A DNA stretch of 64,000 nucleotides from a virus (IMGVR_UViG_3300012953_006207:1-64000); one strand, 5' to 3'; positions 48,456 through 54,214 are shown, counted from the stretch's first letter. Notes: generated from the sequence alone by a model not told the origin. Translations and numbers: made by a program.

Positions 48456-48845
48456 GTGGACAGGGGTAAGACCCAGTACGAGCCCAAGGGCAGGATTACA
48501 AAATCTAGGCAGACAGTATGCGACGAGGGCAAGAAGCTGTAAGACCCTCGGCCTGAAACTGCCGTTTAAATTTCTCGCAACAACGCGAGGAAGCATAGGT
48601 GAAGAACATTAAACGTCCGTGAGAGGCAACGGCCTATGCAACAATTTACTGGGAGGCAGAATACAGTCTAGGCAAGCCTAACGTAGCGAACGGGGTACGC
48701 GCCCTGTTAGGGACGAGGAAGCACCAGTAGACGTTTTCGCAATAACGCGGGAATGAAACTAACTAGAAAGGTAACATAGTGCAGGAGGTTGGCCAGAGAA
48801 GGCGGTTACCGCTGGGCCGTAAAGCACTTGAAAAATGCCTCTTAA
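48456..48845 (+). ncRNA. Candidate large structured ncRNA (~390 nt), family unknown
   Basis: Starts right after the TTGACT-17-TAGATT promoter; no credible ORF; many nested stems (see findings). Confidence 0.65.
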
Positions 48846-48855
48846 TTTTTGATAA

Positions 48856-49062
48856 ATGAAAAACTACAAAACATACCAAGCCCGTAACGCTGTCAAAGCA
48901 GCGCAAGTCACCAACCACATCAAATCCCGCAAGGCTCAAGGCGTTGAACACAACGAAGCTAAAGCTGAAGCGTATTATATATATAATATAAAACAGGGTA
49001 AGAAAATTATTCTAAACACCCTAAACTACGCAACGCCTACCAAATCTCTGGTATGTAAATAA
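48856..49062 (+). CDS. Basic hypothetical protein
   Basis: ORF directly downstream of the ncRNA candidate. Confidence 0.5.
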   Translation: MKNYKTYQARNAVKAAQVTNHIKSRKAQGVEHNEAKAEAYYIYNIKQGKKIILNTLNYATPTKSLVCK

Positions 49063-49089
49063 ATAATAAAAATAACAAGTCTGGGTTCA

Positions 49090-49150
49090 CCCCCAGACCC
49101 CCGTGTCATTGTCCTTGGCCCATGACGTGGGGTCCCCAAAAACGGTCAAG
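49090..49150 (+). repeat. Hairpin element copy 5 (A left, B right)
   Basis: CCCCCAGACCCCCG-TGTCAT-TGTCCT-TGGCCCATGACG-TGGGGTCCCCAAAAACGGTCAAG. Confidence 0.9.
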
Positions 49151-49218
49151 CTTTATTTTTTTTATTTATTTAAATGGTGGGACAGCCAATGTCCTACCCC
49201 CCATGGTAATCTATACGC

Positions 49219-49425
49219 ATGAAGTTTGAGACAGGAACACAAGTACAGCACCGCGACAACCCCATGTGGAAGGCCGTTGTGGTGCGCGACCTCAACCCCC
49301 GCAAGCCAGTGAATAGCTGTGTGATGGTGAATCACAACGGGCGGGAAGTGCCAATGGGCAAGAGTCTTTTGCGGGTATCCTTCCACGCAGACGCCAAAAA
49401 AGAATTTGGCGAAGTTGTAAGCTAG
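49219..49425 (+). CDS. Small SH3/KOW-like protein (paralog of 54002)
   Basis: V.H.......VV.DLNP..PV...V.V. Confidence 0.55.
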   Translation: MKFETGTQVQHRDNPMWKAVVVRDLNPRKPVNSCVMVNHNGREVPMGKSLLRVSFHADAKKEFGEVVS

Positions 49426-49462
49426 GACAGCGGATGTCCTACCTCCTATGCTAGATTTAGAT

Positions 49463-49663
49463 ATGAATATGAAGCAAGTAAAGATAGTGATAAACGAAAA
49501 TGATACACTTTGCCGTATCAGCATCAACGGATTCGCAAGCGAACACAAATGCGAGGTGCATGAGTCCGACCACGAAGGTAAAGACGCCACCACAATCAAC
49601 ATCGACGGCGTGGGAGATTTTATTTCTTACAACGATTGCAAAAGCTGGGAAGTGATGGACTAA
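49463..49663 (+). CDS. Hypothetical early protein
   Basis: ATG after palindrome-type promoter 49422. Confidence 0.55.
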   Translation: MNMKQVKIVINENDTLCRISINGFASEHKCEVHESDHEGKDATTINIDGVGDFISYNDCKSWEVMD

Positions 49664-49667
49664 AATT

Positions 49668-49859
49668 ATGAGTATGAGTAACAACAAAAAGACGGAGCTA
49701 GAAGCTCGAAAAGTATACGCACACGGCGTGAACAAAGACACACACTTCAACACCCCACAAGGGCCGAAGCCATATCCAAAAGTCAATTACGACAAGATGT
49801 GGAACGTTGAAGGTTATTATAGCGACGATAACGGAAACGACATCAGAGACAGAGACTAG
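49668..49859 (+). CDS. Hypothetical early protein
   Basis: Operon-packed ORF. Confidence 0.5.
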   Translation: MSMSNNKKTELEARKVYAHGVNKDTHFNTPQGPKPYPKVNYDKMWNVEGYYSDDNGNDIRDRD

Positions 49860-49868
49860 GAAACGATT

Positions 49869-50171
49869 ATGGAAAAAAAGAATTACATTATCAATCTACA
49901 CGCAGTAGGTGAGAAGAAGATTACCAGCGGTTACGCTGGCCCCCGTGAAGTATGCGGTCACTTTAGCACACCCGCAAAGGTTGGCACTATCGCCTTTGAA
50001 GAGGCTAAGATGAATGCAGTAGACTACTACTGGAATCAAAACAAGCGTTACTGGCACGGCTACCGCATTGGCAAGTTAGAAGTAGAAGTTGGGCGCGAGT
50101 CTGTCAGCGTAATGACTCCCGCTTGGGACTATCACAAGGGACGCACGTTCCCCGTATGGGAGGAGGTATAG
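49869..50171 (+). CDS. Hypothetical early protein
   Basis: Operon-packed ORF. Confidence 0.55.
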   Translation: MEKKNYIINLHAVGEKKITSGYAGPREVCGHFSTPAKVGTIAFEEAKMNAVDYYWNQNKRYWHGYRIGKLEVEVGRESVSVMTPAWDYHKGRTFPVWEEV

Positions 50172-50344
50172 AATCAAAAGCAGAAGATACAACGCAGACA
50201 AAGAAACGAGTAAACAGTTTTACGCTAGAAGAAAAAAGGAGATGGAAGATTATTTTAATCACCCTTATTATAAAACTTACTCTGAAAAAATTTGGGCCGA
50301 ATATAAAAAAGCTAACAAATAGTATTGTCTTTGTCGAAAAAGTT

Positions 50345-50410
50345 AAAATTGGGGACCCCATGTCATCGTCCATTGTGGCCAATGACACGGGGACCCCATT
50401 TTGCGTCAAG
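50345..50410 (+). repeat. Hairpin element copy 6 (B-type arms on both sides)
   Basis: AAAATTGGGGACCCCA-TGTCAT-CGTCCATTG-TGGCCAATGACA-CGGGGACCCCATTTTGCGTCAAG. Confidence 0.9.
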
Positions 50411-50479
50411 GAAAAAGTTTATTGATAATTCTTTTAGGTAGGACGGCGGATGTCCTACCCCCTATGGTAGATTAGACAC

Positions 50480-50647
50480 ATGATGATGAACGACAACAAC
50501 AAGATGAACAAAGAACAATTCAAAAACGAAGTGCTGGCCCTAGTGTCAGAGGATGCGTTGCCAATGGTGGACGCACTAACTGACCAAGGATTTGCCGAAG
50601 GCTGGACACCAGCCGAAGTAGCTGGACAATGCGAAGCTGATGCATAA
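50480..50647 (+). CDS. 55-aa hypothetical protein (MMMNDNNK...)
   Basis: ATG 6 nt after -10; hand-translated. Confidence 0.55.
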   Translation: MMMNDNNKMNKEQFKNEVLALVSEDALPMVDALTDQGFAEGWTPAEVAGQCEADA

Positions 50648-50702
50648 AAGAAATTAAAGGGTAGGACGGCGGATGTCCGACCCCCTGTGTTATATTTACT
50701 AC

Positions 50703-50846
50703 ATGATTATGAGCATATACGAAGTTCAAACCCACGACGGAGACGCTACCCTTGGATGGATACAAGGACATGATGACGACCACGCCCAGCGCGTAGCCGA
50801 GAGGCTTTACTGCAAAGGCGTACTGGTTGTTCTTTGCGATGACTAA
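50703..50846 (+). CDS. 47-aa hypothetical protein
   Basis: ATG 6 nt after the -10 TATATT; hand-translated. Confidence 0.55.
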   Translation: MIMSIYEVQTHDGDATLGWIQGHDDDHAQRVAERLYCKGVLVVLCDD

Positions 50847-50899
50847 AAAACTATGGGCCAGCGTGATGGCCTTGGAGATCACGCCCTTATTAAATCATT

Positions 50900-51097
50900 A
50901 TGATTGAACTCGGAATGCAAGTGGAGGATATGCGCGGTTACCTTGGTGTGGTCGCTGCCTCCCCACGCGGTGGCAAGTGGTTCATCCTCAAAAAGGATGG
51001 ACGCATGGTTCGCCGTGCTGACCATGAGATTCGTGAATACGACGAGTCTTATTGCCCAGCCTTCGAAAAGTGGCTGGAGAAGCGTTCGCTTCGTTAG
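50900..51097 (+). CDS. Small SH3-like hypothetical protein
   Basis: IELGMQV....G.LGVV pattern; followed by terminator. Confidence 0.5.
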   Translation: MIELGMQVEDMRGYLGVVAASPRGGKWFILKKDGRMVRRADHEIREYDESYCPAFEKWLEKRSLR

Positions 51098-51103
51098 TAT
51101 CAA

Positions 51104-51130
51104 CCCCCCCTAGTGGGGGGCTTTAATTTA
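51104..51130 (+). terminator. Probable terminator hairpin
   Basis: CCCCCCC-TAGT-GGGGGG followed by a T-rich tract. Confidence 0.55.
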
Positions 51131-51155
51131 TTTTTATTTATATATTTATATCGTT

Positions 51156-51548
51156 ATGGAAAAAGTACAAGTTTATCGCAACCTGCATCGGACAGAAGAA
51201 GACGGAACGCACGTTTATAGCGTTCGCAATGACAAGGGCATTGTCGTAGACCACGTTGCAGAAATTACATTGAGTCGTCCTATCTTGAGAGTCGGCCCCA
51301 AAGGTAATCAGCGAGTGCGTGATGAGAAACGTAAAAACGTTCATGCTTATATCCAAGGCATGAAGATGAAAGAGTCAGTGATTGATGACCCCCGCTCAGG
51401 CGAAAAAAAGTGCGAGTGGCAAAAGATTACTTATAACCCTTATAAACATAAGAGTTTTGTTTTAGTAAAGGACGAGTCCGTTGCAGTGCGTGAAGCGTGG
51501 TTTGTTGAGATTCGTCGAGATGGTGTTTGGGCGTGGCTCCCGGAGTAA
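51156..51548 (+). CDS. Conserved phage hypothetical protein
   Basis: KV.VYRNLH...YSVR...G..RVR.EKRKNVHA...ITYNPYK...FV. Confidence 0.7.
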   Translation: MEKVQVYRNLHRTEEDGTHVYSVRNDKGIVVDHVAEITLSRPILRVGPKGNQRVRDEKRKNVHAYIQGMKMKESVIDDPRSGEKKCEWQKITYNPYKHKSFVLVKDESVAVREAWFVEIRRDGVWAWLPE

Positions 51549-51601
51549 GAACCCCAGTTCCCTGAACGCTAATAAATACCAAACAATTAATATCAATATT
51601 G

Positions 51602-51657
51602 AAAATTGGGGACCCCATGTCATTAGCCTTGGCCAATGACGCGGGGGTCTGGGGGGG
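51602..51657 (+). repeat. Hairpin element copy 7 (B left, A right)
   Basis: AAAATTGGGGACCCCA-TGTCAT-TAGCCT-TGGCCAATGACG-CGGGGGTCTGGGGGGG. Confidence 0.9.
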
Positions 51658-51752
51658 TACGATTCTTGCTAAGTCCATGCCCAGTAAAGTTGTGAATAAC
51701 TTTCGAGGAACTCCCCTTGACTTATTCCAGTAATTAAGGTAGGTTTATCTCG

Positions 51753-52004
51753 ATGATTAAAACGACTACAGTCAAAGTAACCGCCAGACCCAACGCCAAG
51801 GCCCGCACCAAAAACCGCCTTCGGGATCATGGTCCCATGTTCAAGGACGTGACCGAATTAAACACTGGCCACAGTGTGCGCCACGATGAAAAACTTGGCG
51901 ACTGTGTGCTGCTGCGTTCTTTGAAGAAGCCACAGCTAGGCTGGGCGCAGCCTTGGAATGGCTGGTTGTCTCTTGATGAAATTGTTGTGAATAAGTTTGA
52001 GTAG
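51753..52004 (+). CDS. Hypothetical early protein (paralog of 44608)
   Basis: Promoter 51717; HGPMF motif. Confidence 0.6.
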   Translation: MIKTTTVKVTARPNAKARTKNRLRDHGPMFKDVTELNTGHSVRHDEKLGDCVLLRSLKKPQLGWAQPWNGWLSLDEIVVNKFE

Positions 52005-52047
52005 AAACCCCCTTGACTTATTCCAGTAAATCCCTTATTGTATTCCC

Positions 52048-52362
52048 ATGATGAACGACGACCTACGAGACCTAATGCCCACCAGTGAAGAGTTCTACGC
52101 CAGCATGGCCCCCGCGCCAGTTGACGAGAACGGAATGACGCCTGACGAGCGTGACGAGTACGAGTCCGAGTATAATGCTTATCTCGATTCCATTGGCACT
52201 TCCTTTGCCGAAGTGCAGGAGAAATCCCGTCAGTTCGCTGACGACCTTGAGAACGCTTACAAGTGCGACGACGACGAAGACGACCATGACAGCATGAATG
52301 ACGGCCACGGAACGCTGGCGGATGATGCATGGCACGATGCCAACGAATACCCTGAGTGGTAG
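52048..52362 (+). CDS. Highly acidic 104-aa protein (possible DNA mimic)
   Basis: Hand count 32 D/E versus 5 K/R; own leaderless-type promoter. Confidence 0.65.
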   Translation: MMNDDLRDLMPTSEEFYASMAPAPVDENGMTPDERDEYESEYNAYLDSIGTSFAEVQEKSRQFADDLENAYKCDDDEDDHDSMNDGHGTLADDAWHDANEYPEW

Positions 52363-52368
52363 GGCCAG

Positions 52369-52447
52369 AGCAACGCCCGTGCCAACATGGGCCATTGTGA
52401 ATAACTTGGCCAATGACGCGGGGGTCTGGGGGGGCATGATTCCTGCT
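52369..52447 (+). repeat. Hairpin half-element copy 8 with sigma54-like sites and DnaA-box-like 9-mer
   Basis: AGCAACGCCCGTGCCA...TGTGAATAAC-TTGGCCAATGACGCGGGGGTCTGGGGGGG-CATGATTCCTGCT. Confidence 0.85.
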
Positions 52448-52559
52448 GTGGTTCCTGAGAATTTTTTTTAGAAAAAGTGCCTTTGGGGGGTTGACTTTTT
52501 CCAACAATTGAACGATATTTAAGAAGTCAGCAGGACAACAAACAGAAAGAGAAAACAAG

Positions 52560-52679
52560 ATGAGCATACAGAGAGAAGACATCGAATGGGATTCAGCGCA
52601 AGCCGAATCAGAGTACGACATCAGCGAAGAGAAAATGGCCAAGTTGGAAAACATGGCGTGGGACAACGACAACGACTAG
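52560..52679 (+). CDS. 39-aa acidic peptide
   Basis: MSIQREDIEWDSAQAESEYDISEEKMAKLENMAWDNDND; promoter 52491 with A-rich leader. Confidence 0.55.
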   Translation: MSIQREDIEWDSAQAESEYDISEEKMAKLENMAWDNDND

Positions 52680-52693
52680 ACGAAAGGAATCAG

Positions 52694-53059
52694 ATGAACG
52701 ATAACAAGTTGTATAACAAGCGGGCCTTCGGACTTCCGAAGATGGAACTCCCCAACGGAACTATGAGCCTGACCTACTCCGGTCACGCTCGGACTGCTGC
52801 TGCACGTCCCGAACGTTTCGGGTACGCCGAGAACATCGACCTGCCTCGCGCAATCAACCTGAACGATTGCGAAGTGGTCGAAGCTGAAATGGCAAAGGGT
52901 AACCCTGTACCGGAAAAGATTGTTGTGCGTTACCCGTACAGCGACAACATGGACTTGGTTATGCCTATGTATATGGACGGATTCGTTAAGACCGTATGGC
53001 TTAATGACCGTTACGACCAGCACCGCACCCTCGACAAGCGTCGCTATGCACGGCCTTAA
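52694..53059 (+). CDS. Conserved phage hypothetical protein
   Basis: AAGGA SD; L.YS.HA...K.VVR...VKTVWLN...D.H.TLD...Y. Confidence 0.65.
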   Translation: MNDNKLYNKRAFGLPKMELPNGTMSLTYSGHARTAAARPERFGYAENIDLPRAINLNDCEVVEAEMAKGNPVPEKIVVRYPYSDNMDLVMPMYMDGFVKTVWLNDRYDQHRTLDKRRYARP

Positions 53060-53222
53060 CGACAAGCAACAGTTCGGAGAATGGCTCGACAAGTTTGACG
53101 GGCCTCTCCGTTCTCTTTATGAAGACTATAAAGAAAAGAACTATAAACCGTTGTCATACTTTGCGTGGTGCTTGGGCGTGTACCAAGAAACCAAGTATGC
53201 CGACACGTTGAGGAATAATTGA
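53046..53222 (+). CDS. Hypothetical protein
   Basis: Overlaps upstream stop. Confidence 0.45.
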   Translation: MHGLNDKQQFGEWLDKFDGPLRSLYEDYKEKNYKPLSYFAWCLGVYQETKYADTLRNN

Positions 53223-53292
53223 TATGGAATTGATTGTATTTATTACAAGCTCAAGCATAGTCGCCTTCTGGTACGCCGAGGCGTTCCACTAA

Positions 53293-53367
53293 AGCAAGGC
53301 CCGTGCCAGCACAGGCCATTGTGAATAACTTGGCCAATGACGCGGGGGTCCCCCAATTTGCGTCAAG
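53293..53367 (+). repeat. Hairpin half-element copy 9 (chimeric A/B arm) with sigma54-like site and DnaA-box-like 9-mer
   Basis: AGCAAGGCCCGTGCCA...TGTGAATAAC-TTGGCCAATGACGCGGGGGTC-CCCCAATTTGCGTCAAG. Confidence 0.85.
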
Positions 53368-53457
53368 GTTATTTTCAAGAAAGTTATCCACGGTTTGCGA
53401 ATAACTTTTTCCAGAAAGTCCCTTGACTTTTTCCAGCAATGTGTTATCTTATTACAG

Positions 53458-53694
53458 ATGAACGACAACGGAACATTCATAGGGCTAGTCAAGGCTGGCA
53501 AAGCTCAAAACGTAGTACCCACTTCCCGCAAGATGAACATGGCAGCAGCATTGGCGGGGGCGGTCAGCTTACGCGACGCAGAACAGTACTTCCGTAGGCT
53601 ACAACACGCAAACAACATGGGAACCACTGAGGCGGACTATGCAGAACTAGAACGCAAGTTTTATGCGGAACACGGCTACCCTCATGGGTATTAA
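53458..53694 (+). CDS. Hypothetical early protein (MND start)
   Basis: ATG after promoter 53423. Confidence 0.6.
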   Translation: MNDNGTFIGLVKAGKAQNVVPTSRKMNMAAALAGAVSLRDAEQYFRRLQHANNMGTTEADYAELERKFYAEHGYPHGY

Positions 53695-53760
53695 AAAAAA
53701 TCAAAAAAAATTAGAAAAACCCCTTGACTTTTTCCAGCAATTAGACTATATTTAAACAAG

Positions 53761-53955
53761 ATGAACGACATAAAAAAGACCAAAACCACTAACTGGACAA
53801 GCTACAAACGCGAACGTTTCAACAAGGCGGAATTCAACGCTGAAATGGCTCGCATTGAAAAGCAGACTTTTGTACTGCAACACATTACATCTTTCTGCAT
53901 CGGGGCAAGCATTGCGCTCGGATTCGTATTGATTCACATGATTGTAACTGGATAA
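53761..53955 (+). CDS. Small membrane protein (MND start)
   Basis: C-terminal hydrophobic helix; promoter 53724. Confidence 0.6.
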   Translation: MNDIKKTKTTNWTSYKRERFNKAEFNAEMARIEKQTFVLQHITSFCIGASIALGFVLIHMIVTG

Positions 53956-54001
53956 AAAAACCGCTTGACTTTTTCCAGAATATCCCTTACATTATAAACA
54001 G

Positions 54002-54199
54002 ATGAACGACATAACAGTAACAGCACGAGTCAAGCACCACCGCAACCACGCCAAGACTGGCACGGTGGTCGCAGACCTTAACCCCAAGGCTCCGGTGTAC
54101 GGAGTCGTAAGAGTAAAGTGGGACGATAACGAACACGAAAGCCGTCACCACAAGTTCACCCTTCGGCGTTTGCAGTACGCATGGCCGACCAACAACTAA
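54002..54199 (+). CDS. Small SH3/KOW-like protein (MND start; paralog of 49219)
   Basis: RVKH......GTVV.DLNP..PV...VRVKWD. Confidence 0.6.
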   Translation: MNDITVTARVKHHRNHAKTGTVVADLNPKAPVYGVVRVKWDDNEHESRHHKFTLRRLQYAWPTNN

Positions 54200-54214
54200 A
54201 AAATTTAAAGAGAC

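Larger units (their letters stand above)
46811..50696 (+). promoter_or_regulatory. Five promoters with a GTAGGACA-N5-TGTCCTAC palindrome over the -35 position and an extended -10
   Basis: Palindromes at 46811, 49177, 49422, 50438 and 50661, each followed by TGnTAnnnT and an ATG 5-6 nt later. Confidence 0.8.
31271..53993 (+). promoter_or_regulatory. Family of ~20 sigma70-type early promoters with conserved TTATTCCA spacer
   Basis: -35 hexamers at 31271, 31828, 33189, 34137, 35875, 38541, 39462, 39746, 41480, 42828, 43955, 44573, 44904, 46701, 48421, 51717, 52013, 52491, 53423, 53724 and 53965, each followed by (T)TWTTCCA-like bases and a -10 hexamer at 16-17 bp. Confidence 0.85.

Noticed and set aside
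48292-48612. 106-aa ORF across hairpin copy 4, promoter and ncRNA (also 42559-, 46559-, 48109-, 50123+, 51427-, 52072-)
   Set aside because: These frames run through the repeat elements and promoters, giving recurring PPQTPASLAK / WGPHVI translations. They are artefacts of the repeats.
48456-48845. ncRNA candidate as group I intron, RNase P RNA or tmRNA
   Set aside because: AGAATACAGTCT resembles a group I S element, but no GACTG P7 partner or interrupted gene was found. The RNase P GAGGAAAGUCC and tRNA-like ends are absent.
41356-53367. Hairpin repeats as a CRISPR array or canonical integron attC sites
   Set aside because: Copies are 0.7-3.9 kb apart with whole genes between them, there are no cas genes, and there are no RYYYAAC / GTTRRRY ends or integron integrase in the window.
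41356-53367. Hairpin repeats as plain intrinsic terminators
   Set aside because: Half of the copies end in G-runs rather than U-tracts, and separate conventional terminators already lie upstream of copies 1 and 2 (41171, 42508). A termination role is not fully excluded.
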